DNA from: Mytilus trossulus
Lineage: Eukaryota
Assembly: GCF_036588685.1 (NCBI RefSeq)
Contig: NC_086373.1
Span: 98,580,001-98,644,000 of the forward strand
Length of the DNA stretch: 64,000 bases
Reading direction: 5' to 3'
The notes beneath the pieces are model-generated. The model made no database searches, was not told where the DNA came from, and worked only from the letters and a program-made list of their open reading frames with translations. Every line of letters begins with the position of its first letter. The stretch's first letter is position 1. Below are positions 1 to 16,003 of this stretch, in pieces. Position numbers and translations under genes: made by a program.

Positions 1-192
1 GAACAGTTTGTTTTTCAAATACAGTCATGTCTCATTTTATTAACTCCTATTGGTTCTCCAGAAGAGTGTCCAAGTATCACAACACGGAAAATGATAAATT
101 AATTTTAATGTCACCATTAAACATGCGGAATGTGTCATCACAGAATTTGAAAATTGAAATATACGAAAGTTAGTTCTATTACATAGAATAAT

Positions 193-2933
<2,741 letters not shown>

Positions 2934-2949
2934 TCACCCTGATTTCTAC

Positions 2950-3111
2950 AACTGACTGGCGAATTGTCTTACTCACGCGTTCGTTTTATCATGATAGACA
3001 ATCAGCTTCCAAGAATCGACTACGATTCACACGCTGTGCGTTTTCCATATAAGGAGACAGGTGCTGATTCAAAGAACTGAAAGATTATGCGTTCTCTTCC
3101 TCCAAATATAG
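2950..3111 (-). promoter_or_regulatory. Actin promoter: CArG CCATATAAGG (3045-3054), E-box CAGGTG (3058-3063), CArG-like CCAAATATAG (3102-3111), TATA-like GATAAAA (2990-2984), Inr-like TCAGTT (2955-2950)
   Basis: Motifs read directly from the sequence 55-220 bp upstream of the ATG. TATA-like to Inr-like spacing is about 30-35 bp. Confidence 0.65.
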
Positions 3112-4656
3112 ACGCTTCACATGTTCAAATCAATCGATTTTTAGAAGGAATATAGATAGAATATAAAACTCGAACTTTTTAATCAGTTTCGTATACACAT
3201 TATGACTTTTCATTCATAATTTCTAAATATAATATGATAATAAAATATGTGATTTATTGTAAAAATGCATTCATAATTATGAGGAAATAGATTTTATTGA
3301 ATTCATCTTGGTATATCAAACTGTAATAGTAAGAATATCGAATATTACAGGAACGATACAAATATATATAGATGAATCCATAATAAACATTTACACGTGA
3401 AGGAGTACTTATAATCACAGTCTTTGGGGAAATATCTGTATCATGTAGGCTATGTATACTTTGATATAAAAAGTATAAAGGGTTTTAGTTTCAGAGACCA
3501 GTGCATGGCTTTGAGTTTTTTGCTTTACACAAACAAGTGAACTATAGCATCAACAAGTTATAAAAACTTTATTTCAAATATGTGAAACACTGGCGAGTTA
3601 TGCAAACATAACTATACACAAGTGTCAAAAAACACAATACATGGTAAATGTTTTAAACAAGTGAAGTTGCTATTAATAATATATATTAGAATTATATAAT
3701 TGACCAGTGTGAACCTTATTTTTCAATTCCATAGATCGCTTTATATAGTCTACAACACTAAACAAAATATCTTTATTGGGATCTAGAATAGTTTTAAGTT
3801 AAAACTTTGAGTCCTCGTTTGAGTCAAGCTGGTTAAAATTAGGATAACGGGTTTTAATGATTGCATTTATATGGTGATTTCTTGCATTACTGTTTAATTT
3901 GGCTGTAATACAGAATAGAACAGGTCGTGGGACAGTATAAATGAATTCATAAAATGAAAACACAATAGACATCAGTATAATGAGTATGCTACGGACCGGT
4001 GTTTTCCATGTTTGCTGTGTACAGGAAGTTTATTTTTGGCTAGACTTGATGATTGAAGTAGCTTTGTGATATATTTTCTAGCTCATAACGATATATTAAT
4101 AAGATTATGGTATAGTGGATCTGGTATACATTCTACATTCTATTTGTTATAAACGTTAAAGTATTGATCTTATACATTTTTACTGCTTCAAACAAACCAT
4201 ACCTATGGAGATTTTTTTCCGGATATAAATTATTTCGGATATTTTTTTAACAGACGAGATCATTTTTTTCTCAGTATTATCGTGCATTCATGCAATTTGA
4301 AATGTGAATACTGTGTGGGTTTTTATTAAGAAAGTGGCGATTTCGGGGATATACAACAACATCAGCAATCCCGAATATACCAAAGTAATTTTGTTGAGGA
4401 AAAAAAAAAGAAGAGTAACCTTTCAGTAGTTTAACAAATTTTAATTTATAGAATTATAAGTAATCCCACGGGGCCCTTTTTCTACTTTTTAGATGTCAAA
4501 TATATCAATGGGGTGCAAAATCGGCCAGATTATCATATGGTAATGATATAATGATTGATCTGTCAATGGGTCATTACACTTTCCATCTTTGGTTAGATGG
4601 TGTGCATCTCTCCTTATAAGATAAGAATTTTAAGATAATAATTTTATTAATCTAAC

Positions 4657-4693
4657 CATGGAAGTATTATATTGACAATATAATACTTCCATG
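4657..4693. mobile_element. 37-bp palindromic mini-element (two 18-bp arms CATGGAAGTATTATATTG) with 7-bp TSD
   Basis: Perfect 18-1-18 hairpin flanked by ATCTAAC/ATCTAAT; second copy at 20483-20535. Confidence 0.75.
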
Positions 4694-5902
4694 ATCTAAT
4701 CAAGAACCCATAAAGGACATTATTTTACTACAATGTTAAGCACAGTATATGATTGAAAAAAAGCAAAACAGAAACCTAATACCATAAGCTAGTTATAACG
4801 TTATGGACAGGATCAGAGCCTAAAACAATATGTGTCTTACAACATAACTACTTATATCTACGATATATGGATGAACCCAAATCTACTTAAACTTTTATTG
4901 ATGGTGTAACATGGTTTAACTGATAATCCTTTTTATCTGATTGAGATATCACAGATTGAATGCGGTACTAAACTATGACACATATGCATATCATAAAATA
5001 CAACATATATCCATTTGAATGGGTTATCAGTCATTCTATCATCGGGGTGGAGGTAATTTCACAAGTATCAAATATACGAATATGGAGTTGTTTTAAGCAC
5101 AGTTGTATATATACTTGTGTACGTTAACTGGCCACACGCTGATTGATACTTCGATACCTTGTGTAGATAAGATTGTAACAACAGCAGGGGTCCAGTTTAT
5201 TCTGTACGAAAATATTTGCGTCAAAATCCCCGGTAATTTAATTAAAAAAAAACTAGACGCGATGAATAAGCCCAGAAACAAATAAGTTTCAGAACATCCA
5301 TCATTTTTCCATGTTTCACTCTAAACAACGAAAATAAATTTAGCTTAGTTTTAATTTGTATACCTATGTTTGCCGTATAAAGAAACCAGAGACATATAAT
5401 GCTAACTAATTTTTATTCAGTATAAAATCCAGTACAAAAGGATCATCGATGAAGTACATGAAAACGTAGATAAAATTTATAACAAAAAAGAGACAACAAC
5501 ACAGTAGACAAAACACCCACATCAATATTTCCCGTATTTTACTGGATGGACTTAGTTTTTCTGCCAATAACCATTACATTCACTCTGTCGTATATAAAGA
5601 GGCAGTATTTAAGAGACTGCAAAATAACACATAGGGCCTATCTGAGACTGAAATGGGTAACGACCAAGTTTGGCATATTGGCAATATTAGAAACATAAGT
5701 TTAGTGGTACTAACGTACAAACTAACAATAGCGAATCAAAAGCTACTCAGGTGCCAAATTTTAAAAAAAAATCTAAACATCTTGTGTTAATCTTAAGTAT
5801 AATCATATGGAAAAACTAAAAGGCGATACATGGAAATTACCCAACACTAAAGTTTACTTCTTTTGAGTGGTTTATTTCAGTTATAGATGTTATCTGTATT
5901 GT

Positions 5903-6245
5903 CTCCCCCGGGTTGACTAGGGAAACAAAATATGGCCACTTCAAGTTTGTTTTTTTTCTCGACCGGCAGTCATTGGACACTTGTCAAAGTGGGGACGGTT
6001 ATTTGGCTGTGCCCGGACGGCGGGTCTGTAGCCATGATGGCCTGTTGCAAGGCAAAATTTCTGTCCCTACCCAATATACCATCAGTTTTCTAGTGGCAGT
6101 CCAAATTTCGCCGACCATCACACCGGATAGTTTCTATTACAAGACCTACCCATTGTTTTTATTCAACTTGTTCTCGTCTTGAACACGGCATGAAATATTT
6201 GCCACCGGACGTTAAACTACCAAAAATCAATCAATCAATCAATGT
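5903..6245 (+). repeat. GC-richer interspersed repeat ending in an (ATCA)n tail, SINE/LINE-like 3' end
   Basis: Ends ...ATATTTGCCACCGGACGTTAAAC...AATCAATCAATCAATCAAT. The ATTTGCCACTGRAC motif recurs near 20413 and 25232. Confidence 0.45.
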
Positions 6246-6845
6246 TTATTGTCTCATTCTGGCCTGCCCTTGTATGACTTATATTACAGTTATTGTAAAC
6301 GTTGGTGTTTTCTTTTATGTTTTTCAATTTATGTCTAATTATCAGTCCCGCAAGCCGGATTTGTATATGAGTAATAGCAAGGAATTGTATATTTGGTCTT
6401 ATATGTACATTAGACATAAAAGATCTCTACAGGGCAATTCAATTCGAAAATAAAATATTTTCATTTATATTCTTATTTTCAATCAATCTTGAACTATATA
6501 CGAATTCTTTTTCTATACATGTGGGATTGCATCGCATACACATTACGTCAGTCACAAGTCTAAAATGAAAGTAGCCCCCATTTCACAATATAGTCCGGAA
6601 TATATATCTTTATTTCTTAAAAAAAAAATGTCCATACTGGCATTTCATTGTAAAAAGAAAAGTTTTCTATTATTTTGGGGGTACAAAGGTCTACTCATTT
6701 TTCGGTATTGATTGATAAATTCAACAAAATAAAAAAGTGTAAAAATGTATGCGGATGAATATCAATTGAACTACTTTTATCGGAAGAGGACGTAGACAAA
6801 CAAAAACAAAACACATTTATTTTACAGTTTCAGTTGTCACTTGAG

Positions 6846-9800
6846 ATGAATCTCAAAATGGGCACGGCCAATAATAAGGCCTTTCGTTGCTGTTGTTGTT
6901 TTCATGTTAGAACAGGTGCCATTTTCATCGGTATCATAAATTTGGTATGATTATTATTTATCGATCCATTTCCGTTTATAAAACACACGATATATTATAC
7001 ATACAAGTTTGTTATGAAATAACTATGTGACTGAACACACATTTCATTAACTATCTTCCAGTTGTTATTGATAACATTCCGAGAGATGTCATCACTAATA
7101 TTTGTTTTTTCTCCCCGATCATAAGACATTATAAATACCCCTGTCCATGTTCAAAACTTCATCTGGGAGGACTATAGGGTATCTCAATTGGGGGTTCCTA
7201 TCCAGATTCCCGCTAACTGTTTTGTCAGATTCCTGTATTCCTGTTACATTATGTACTTATGCAATTTTCATTTTTTGTCATTTCCTGGGTCCCACTAGCC
7301 TCATTTCCCGTTTTTACAACACAATAATTTGATTTTCACGTGTCACACTTACAAAAAATAGGCAATCCCGCCTCACACTTAGACCCCAATGAGACCCACA
7401 CTAAAGGGATAGGACCTTTATCGGACTCTGGTATCTCGTGAATTTAAGCTTGGGATTTTGGGATTGACCCTTTTTCACGATCCGGGAATTCTTTTGTCAA
7501 ATTTCAGGATGTCAGGATTTAAATTCCGTATTTCGCGATTTCATGTTTTTAAGCCCAGGATTTCAAGATCACGACCCCTCTAACCCCCACCCCTCATCTT
7601 GGACTTCTATTGAAGTGACTATCCAGACATTTCATTAAGGATCATAAAGCATCCTAGTGAATATGAAATTTTGAAATACCATCTAAGGCATATTGTTTCC
7701 CTGACCTTATCGCTGTTTGTCCACCACTACTGGACATCACCCAGGTTCCTGTAAAATTTTGACATCATAATTCAAAATATCTGACGCCACAATAGAAAAT
7801 GATTTTTGTATGACGTCAATAGTTCAAGGGGGACAGATTCTTGGGTCAGCCTGGAATAGCGATAAGCTAAATTGTGAAGAGATAAGTCACTTGTCTTTAC
7901 AGGCTCCATTGGGGTTAGGCTATACTTAACTTTAGTGGTTACAATTCAAACAGAACGTCCACTTTAACAGCGGTTATTTGTTGGGGGGTTGTATTGTACA
8001 ACTATTTTATTCCAAAATAATCACCAAGTAAAATTAGACAGTTCATTCAAAAGGCACAAATTGGGATCTTGGGTATAGCTTCCACTTATCTTAAGTCTCT
8101 TATAAGCTGTCTCTTTTCTTTCTATTAACATCTGAAATAAAAACAAAGTTGTACAATATCAATACAATAATTATTTTTTTTTTATGTAAGATAGGTCAAT
8201 ATTCCTTCAAAACATTGTTCTTTGTCCAAACAAAATTTTAAATGAAATATTGACAATTGAAATATTTACCAGAACAAAATTTTATTTGAAATATTGACAA
8301 TTGAAATACTTACCCGAACAAAATTTTATATGAAATATTGACAATTGAAATACTTACCAGAACCAAATTTCATAATTAATTGCAAAAAGAGGAGCCTTGC
8401 CTTATTTTGTACCCCAAGCTGTGAAATTGACATGCATCTGATTCTATAAGTTCCATGCGATACCAACTAAAAATTTTCACATCTAAAATAGTCATAATGT
8501 ACATTTATATTGTCTACATGTAGAAAAAACAAAAGAATGATGTACATTAGCCCGCCAACTGTTTCTAGTGTCTGAAAACTTATTTAAGATTTTATCATTC
8601 ATCTTCACGGTCATCATCTTCATTATTGTATTGTTATGATTCTCTTTGAAGAAAAAATAATTTTTAAGTAAAGACAAATTAATGATTGCTGTTCAAATGT
8701 TTAAAAAAAATTTGAATAAGTGCTTTAATATAAATTGAAGGTAGGGAAAAGAGAAAGTATGGCTACATACTACGATAAAGAGAAAATTCCATAAGATGAC
8801 TTGTGATAAGAATGCAGCACTTAAAAGGTTTAATTTATCAAATTTGTACTCTGATTATGACATTTCAGTTGGTTTTTTTTACAGCTAGGGTTCATGTTTA
8901 TGGCTTGCACTTTAATCTTCGCCTCAATTCATCCAGAGGTCCTTGAGAAATCCATGCAAACATGTCCAGTAGGGGACAACACCAAGAACCAGGATATTGT
9001 TATTGATGTTAATGTCAAAGGAGACCAAGTCAAACTGGAGACTTGTGGTGATGTCATGTTTGTACAGAAGAAGTTTACAAAAGGTACATGTACATCAAGC
9101 AACATTAAGCAAATCATTATTTGTAAAAGTAAACCATTAAAGGCAAAAGTACAGTCTTCAACACAGAGCCTTGGCTCTCACCAAACAGCAAGCTATAAAG
9201 AGCCCCTTAATATGACCAGTGTAAAACCATTCAAACAGGAAAACCAATGATTCATGTTCATTTTAAAGGGTTACATTTTGTTTTCACATTAAGTAAGCAA
9301 ATAAGAAAATGTTGTATAATTGCCAATGAGACAAGTTCAACTGTTAAAGGAAATCCAGGGATTGCTCTGGTGGCCAAAAAGACTGACAAACTTATATATA
9401 TACAATATTATACAGTTTGAATACTTCTGCATTGATTAAATGCAAATATTGCAAATCATATAATTAGTTTTAGAAAAGAACAAACAATTTTAAGAATCAA
9501 ATGAATTGCACAAAAATACACCAAAAAAGATATCTGAAGGTTATAGCAAAGTGTTTTATTTGAATGGTTCTAGTAGATGAAGTTTAATCATGTATTTGCA
9601 ATCGTTTGAGCCATCTGACAGTGTCACTACATTTGTACACTTGATACATGTAATGCAGATCTTAGATTAATTTATTGTAAAGGGGCTTTAAGATATATAT
9701 ACCAAGCATTTATTTAGAATTAACTAACTTATAATTTACTTTACAGATAACCTTTGTGTTGCCTTTGCTATTGTGATGTGTATGATAACAATAACAGGAT

Positions 9801-12136
9801 TCCTAATCTATGGTATAATGAAGGTAGGTTATAACAATAATTGGAGTGCAGTATTTTTGTGATTTCCTATCGCATGGTATATTGATGATAACTTATACAA
9901 TCATAAGTGAACTTTATCCAGGTCAAAGTGCATACCACTCATGTTGCCATGTCCCTTTGATAGACAATTTGTTTTTTTTTCAAAATTCGATGCTTTAATT
10001 GACCTTAAGACATTGTATCTTGATACATTAGAATTTTTTTTTAGACAAAATGTCAAAAAAATCACATCAAAATCAGATATATTCACAAACAAATGGCTTT
10101 TGACAGCCAGATTCTTTCAAAATTTTCCAAAATAAGGGGAAAACATTGCTGATGAATTATTCACTTGCAAGTAGTGATCAAGCTACATCTACATGAAACC
10201 ATTTTCTGTGTTCAGGTGTTGGAATTTAGTATATCTTGTCTGACTTGTTTTTATATTTTACAGCATAGACCAGGCTACATGATGCCATTCTTCTGTGTTC
10301 AGATGTTTGACTTTTGTATATCCTGTCTGACTGTAGTTGGATATTTCTCCTATGCTCCAGATATGAAGTTGTGGCTGTGTCAAGAAGGATTGGTATGAAG
10401 TTAACATTAAATTTAAGCTACCGTTCAAGTTCTACAATTTTCTGACAAGTTTTGTTTGAACTGTTGATATTAAGCTCCTTTTCAATCATGAAACTGTTCC
10501 TATCCTATTATTCCAGAGTTTCAGACTAAAGGAATTTTTCAGATGTCAAGCACTAACTAAATACTTTCGTCTCAATTTTCCAACATACTACTAAACAGAA
10601 TGATTTCATATTTGGTCAGCAGCTTGACAATGATAACTTTACGTCAAGCAAAGAACAAAGTTTGTTTAATCTTAGCCTTAATAATGCTCATTGTGTCAGC
10701 CTATTGACTATGAAATATACTGTTTGTATTATGTTTGAAATTCATAATAATAGAGATAGTTGTAACTATGCACCAAGTGGCAAAGAAACTTATGAAACAA
10801 TCAAAGGTACACATAAGACCAGAAATTTAACAGGCATTGAAACATTAAGAATCAGTGAGCTAGATTTTGAAAATTTCACATTCTGTTTTGATCTTTGAAA
10901 ATATAATGTATACCTAGGCTGTGATTGAAATGAAATATTTTTTGTAGGCTTGTCTCCCCTTGATGGACAGACTGTTAGCAATGGATCGTGATATACTGAT
11001 GATTCTTTGTCTCATCTGTTTCATTTTATGGCTGTCATTTAAGGTAAGTTGCAGAGATATGCATAAACTTGTTTTTACTTTGATTTGAAGTCAATGCATT
11101 TAAGTAGGATTGTTTGTTTTTTATGACCCATAAATGCCCCATTTATGTGAATTATATTTTTCAGTCTACACTTCTTTTTCTCCATCTGTCCTGCTTCAGG
11201 TTAAAGTTTTTGGTCAAGGTAGTTTTAAATAAAGTTGATGTCCAATCAACTTGAAACTAAGTACACATGTTCTAAAAATATGATATGAACTTTCTAATAT
11301 TAATGCCAAATTAGAATTTTGATATCAATAACAAGGAGGGGCTTGTCAACATATATCTGTTCCGCCTAACAAAAATTCCACTGGAAATTTTGTTAAAAAC
11401 ATTGTCATAATATACATTCCAGTTGAAACAAATAAATAATAAAAACTTTATAATTTGTAATGATGAATACTGAATACTTTCATGTTTTATATTATATAGG
11501 CTTATCTGATTGGAGTGATCTGGGCTTGTTACAAGTACTTACAGATGAGCCTAGTGAACAGAGATGTGGTTAGAGAATATACTGTTGATCCTGATTCCGA
11601 GGTAAATATATAGCTGTTATAAAGTCAGATATTTACTGATATCAAACAACATTCTTTGTACTACATCTTAAATCATTGCAAATAAATTTGATAACATTAA
11701 AGATAAAAATGATTTCTTTAAATGGATGTTGTTTTATGGTACATTTAAAAAAAAATTACCAGGGTATTAATTCAAAAAAGGAATAGAGTGCCTGAGTGGC
11801 CACTGATTATAATCATATACAAATTTACATGTTTTTGTTACAAAAAAATGCATTGATGGAAGTTCAGGGGGGAAAAGAGTATTTAGTATAATTTGTAATA
11901 TAATTAATTTCAGGATAATTTTTAGTTTTGATTTAGAATATCATTTTAAATAGAAATACACAAACATACAATATCACCTACTAAAATATGCACACAATAT
12001 AGTTTTTTGTCTGGGAAATTTAAAGTTTTATTTGATGAGCCAATAACTATTGTACTTACAGATGTTACTTCCTCCAAAGTATGAAGATGCTGTCAAAGTT
12101 CCCATGGACCAAGCTCCACCACCTTATGCATCATAG
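6846..12136 (+). CDS. LAPTM4: Lysosomal-associated transmembrane protein 4 family (LAPTM4/Mtp), 258 aa; exons 6846-6944, 8885-9083, 9747-9823, 10264-10392, 10948-11043, 11500-11601, 12062-12136
   Basis: Spliced frame is open with all GT-AG junctions. Hallmarks: N-terminal CCCCFHVRTGAIFIG, four hydrophobic segments, PFFCVQMFDF, FKAYLIGVIWACYKY, and C-terminal PY motifs LPPKY and PPPY. Confidence 0.92.
7404..7596 (+). mobile_element. Degenerate copy of the 200-bp GGGATTTCGGGA MITE (see 62895-63094)
   Basis: Shares GGGATAGGACCTTTATCGG...GGGATTGACCC...GACCCCTC with the intact copy. Confidence 0.65.
7706..7866 (+). mobile_element. Short TIR repeat (CTTATCGCT...AGCGATAAG); second copy at ~47464-47626; carries TGACGTCA
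   Basis: Two dispersed copies share CAGGTTCCTGTAAAATTTTGAC...GCCACAAT...TGACGTCAA; inverted termini. Confidence 0.6.
8229..8370. repeat. 44-bp tandem repeat, ~3.2 copies
   Basis: Unit AACAAAATTTTA.ATGAAATATTGACAATTGAAATA.TTACC.G starts at 8229, 8273, 8317 and 8361. Confidence 0.85.
11116..11325. repeat. Interspersed repeat, inverted relative to 13753-13985 (probable HINE-type family E)
   Basis: GCTTCAGGTTAAAGTTTTTGGTCAAGGTAGTTTT...ATGCCAAATTAGA matches the reverse complement of ~13838-13955. Confidence 0.65.
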
Positions 12137-13752
12137 AAAAATTAGGTTACAGCTCTCTTGTACATTGATCGTAATGATTTAGTGGAAGGCAATTGAATGA
12201 AGACAACAAAAATATCAGTTTTCATTGGACTGTAGGAGAGCTATTTTATTTTCGTAATGCTTAATTTAATAGGATGTAACTTTTTTTTATTTTTAAAGCT
12301 TTATTGGATCGTAATTTTTGCCATTTTTCTGGAGGATACAGGTGATAGAATCATGTATTATGAACTATACTGACTTATGTTAGTAAATGTATTTTATTAT
12401 TATGTCATGTGTTTAGGATGTGTAGAAAGATTCATTTATACTCATTATCAAGTTATCTGCAGTTTTTCTGTATAATTGAAAAATTAATGAAATACCTTTA
12501 GATGTAAATTTTACAACTAGGGTATGGATTTCAGAAATACTGTATAACTTGCATATTTAAAAATATTAACTATCTTCATCATAATTTGACATGTTAGGTC
12601 ACAGTATTTAAAAGTAACATATCTTGTGACCCTATGAACTTGTGAAGTGATAAACATCTATAGTTTAACTGAATACTTTCCATATCAGCTGTTTTCCAAA
12701 AAAGGCCCCTTTCAATTTGTCTTTCAATTTGAGATATGTTCATATGAACATTGTGCAATTAGACATGTGATAGATTTATAAAAAAGAGTTTCTTCAACAT
12801 GGTATAGAGACTTTTAACTCATTCCTTATATATATTACTTTGATGTTGAAACACTACAAATATTGTTTTTGGAATTCTTTATTGAAATAAAGTTGGTTTT
12901 ACCTAAATGACTTTAATATTATGCATGAGGTTAAACCTTCTATTCCAAACTGCGAAGCATACTAGTGCCATTTGTGCTATTTGTGTCATGCAAAGGTCTT
13001 TTTCATATTTTAGTCCATAAGTACAGGTCTAGTAAAAACAAGACATAAGTTATCTGAATGCTTTTAAGGGAAGTTGTATCTTCATTATTTTCTCGCCTTT
13101 GACAATAGGTAAAAGATCTGGATGATTCATATCATATATGAAGATACTTTATGTTAAAAAGTTTCTGTCAGTCATCTGTCTATTGTCCTTGACCTCACTG
13201 TCATTGAAAACAATAATCAGTAAGGTAGGCGAACCATTTCAGCTTGTGCACTGGTTTACATTATAAATAGATTTTGATAATCACAACTTATGAAATGATG
13301 CAGCCAGAACTATTACCAAATGCTTTTCCCCAGATATTTTATGTGTCAGCTACTGTACCATAGCAGTATCAAATAATAAAAAAAAAAGAGGAAACCTCAT
13401 CTACACTTAGCCTTTAAAATAATTCTTAACTTAGCTTGAATGAAAGAAGATAATGTGCCAGCATCAGTAAGACAGCAACCCCAAAAACAAATGCGACAAC
13501 TAGAGGTCATCACCTAGTCTTACACAATTTGCATTTACTCATATAGTGACACAGTAGACATCCTCAACATAGACCACTAAATATCTGACCGTTGGATTCA
13601 ATTCATTCATGATGAAAAAAAGAATACTGGTAGCCATAAAGCTCCAATCACAAATGAAATACTTGACTTCAGATAGAAACTGCTTTGTAAGAACTTCACC
13701 TTAACCCAGTTATCAATTGAATAACTATGGTATGTCAGTAAAAAATCAAAGA

Positions 13753-13985
13753 AACAAGAATATGTCCCAAGTGCATGGATGCCCCATCCACATTATCATT
13801 TTCTATGTTCAGTGGACCATGAAAATGGGGTAAAACCTCTAATTTGGCATTAAATTAGAAAGATCATATCATAAGGAACATGTTTACTGATTTCAAGTTG
13901 ATTGGTCTTCAACTTCATCAAAAACTACCTCGACCAAAAACTTTAACCTGAAGCGGAACGAATGGATGAACAGACAAACAAACGA
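13753..13985. repeat. Interspersed repeat family E, second copy
   Basis: Inverted homology to 11116-11325; followed by a GAACGAATGGATGAACAGACAAAC microsatellite-like tract typical of HINEs. Confidence 0.6.
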
Positions 13986-14711
13986 ATAAAGAGGTCGCCC
14001 TGATTATAACTTCAGTTCCTTGATTGATTAAAAAAAACCAAGTATTAATGGAAGGGGAAGAAGCCTTGAGATTTTGGGGTCAATAAGGTATAGCTCACTG
14101 ATTTTGGTTGGTAACTTTGAGTTTACTTAATGGTCGATATAGGAAGAGTGAAGAGGCCTGTTGATTTTGAGATCCTCAATAGATCAAAGGTCAAGGTCAC
14201 TTATTATCAAAATATATTTTGGAACAGTGTTGTTTCCAGATAATTTCTTAAGGTTCAAGGTCCCAAACTGAAATTAAAAGCATTGGAAAAATGGTTTTGG
14301 TTTATAACTTAAGAGTTTTTTCTTGCTTGATTGGAATGGAAATTATACAGATTAAACATATATACGAAGGAGGAAAAAGTCATTCGATGTTGTCAAGGGT
14401 CAAGGTTGCTGAAAATAGAAAAATGGTTTAAGGATGGTTATTTTAATTTGCATTGGTTGTTTGGAATAGCACTTACATAGATTTAAGATATAGGTAAAGA
14501 GGGGGAAGCCTATTGACCTTGAAATGTTGATGTTTCTGGAGAGAAAAAGTTTGTTTCCAGTTTTTGAAGAGAAAAAAAATAGTGGTTTTTGACTTTTTGA
14601 CCTGAGAAAAAAATGTTTGTTTCACCCTCAGCTGCCACTTTACGTAGAAAATCAAATGGTTGCTGCCTGTCCGTTGGCTATATACAGATTAATATTCTAT
14701 CTAAAGTACAT

Positions 14712-15730
14712 TTTTTTTTGTCTGGCCTGTAACGAAAGCATAGGCGGATCCAAAGAGCTTGGGCCCTGACCCCCGTTATGTTGGAAAAAATAAGTTGGTT
14801 ATATAGGGAATCACTGGGGCGGGTCTCTCCTTAGGTCAGTCAGTTGCCCTTATGAAAAGTTCTAGATCCGCTACTGGAAAGTCGTAGATTGCGGAACTTT
14901 AAGATTATGATGAGGTTGAAAATAGCAATGGTATAAACTATTCGTATAAAAGCTTTTATGCTTTCAGAGAGTAGAAGACTAAACTAACCCAAACCAATTT
15001 AACGAAGTTAACGTCTGTTACACATCCATTGTCCTTGACCTCGTTTTCATGGTCCAACAACTGCTTGAGAAAAAAAAATGTCTTGTGAATTTGTAAGTTA
15101 TCATGAGTAACATGATAACTATATTTTGTACACGTATATGGGTTCCTTCCAACTTCTACATGTCCTTAAGACAGGGTTCACCTGACCTCGACCGTATATC
15201 ACAATTACTTCTAATAGTGATAAAGGTTTAAGTTTGGTGGTCAAGTCGTAAGGTGTACATCATCCGACTGGTCGGTTTCATCCGACCTTGAACATTTTTA
15301 TAGTGTATTCATTTGAACAATGTCTATTTTTGGGGATAAGTTTATGTCTCAGGCACTGTAGGCAATAGGTCAGATATACGTGGTGTATGGAATGATTGTA
15401 CGGTGTCTGTCTTGCAGGTGTTCAGTGACCTTGAACCCATTTTCATGGTTCGTTGGTCAACATGAAGTTTTCATGGTTTTGTCAGCTACTTAGTCATCAT
15501 TACTAATTCTATAAGAAATAAGTCACCTATATTTGGTATATGGCATGGTTCATCGGACCTTGACATAATTTTCAGTAATGGTTCTTTGGTAAAAAAAGTT
15601 TTATGGTTTTGTCAGTTTATCAAGTACATTATGCAATAGGTCAACATAATTACTAGTAGTAAAATTTAATATCCTATGTAAATTATAAAATCATACTGGA
15701 TTGGAGTCTCTCAGCATTTCTACTTGTGTG
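14712..15730 (+). mobile_element. Degenerate HINE-like element of family C, opposite orientation to 43283-46370
   Basis: Recurrent GACCTTGA...TTTTCATGGT motifs are the reverse complement of the CCATGAAAATGAGGTCAAGG unit. The terminal hairpin is interrupted by the MITE at 14739. Confidence 0.5.
14739..14876. mobile_element. 138-bp MITE with apparent 5-bp TSD GAAAG, inserted in the hairpin loop of the family C element
   Basis: CATAGGCGGATC...GATCCGCTACTG termini, with GAAAG on both sides. Confidence 0.6.
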
Positions 15731-16003
15731 TCATATTTTGCATTCACCCAACAAGGAAAGGAGGAAAAACTTAATTGTGCGCGTTTCTCATTTAACGTTA
15801 TTGTTCTGTTACACTCAATGGTAGCAATATCTGACGTTGCGTCATGACTATTTTTTCAATCATGATTTAAAAAGCAGGCTTAATATTTCATTGTATGCAC
15901 TTTTGTTTATTTCCAGTAGTTGTTATGACCTATAAACTAGATTTCACAAACTGCGAGTACTCTAAGATCGATACTTTGCCTTTTAAAACAGTTTGTTTGT
16001 TAA

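Noticed and set aside
8021-8131. Minus-strand exon-like segment (TTTCAG then MLIERKETAYKRLKISGSYTQDPNLCLLNELSNFTW*) near GTAAGT-containing 44-bp repeats in LAPTM4 intron 1
   Set aside because: Only 36 codons, no recognisable homology and no partner exons, so a nested gene cannot be supported.
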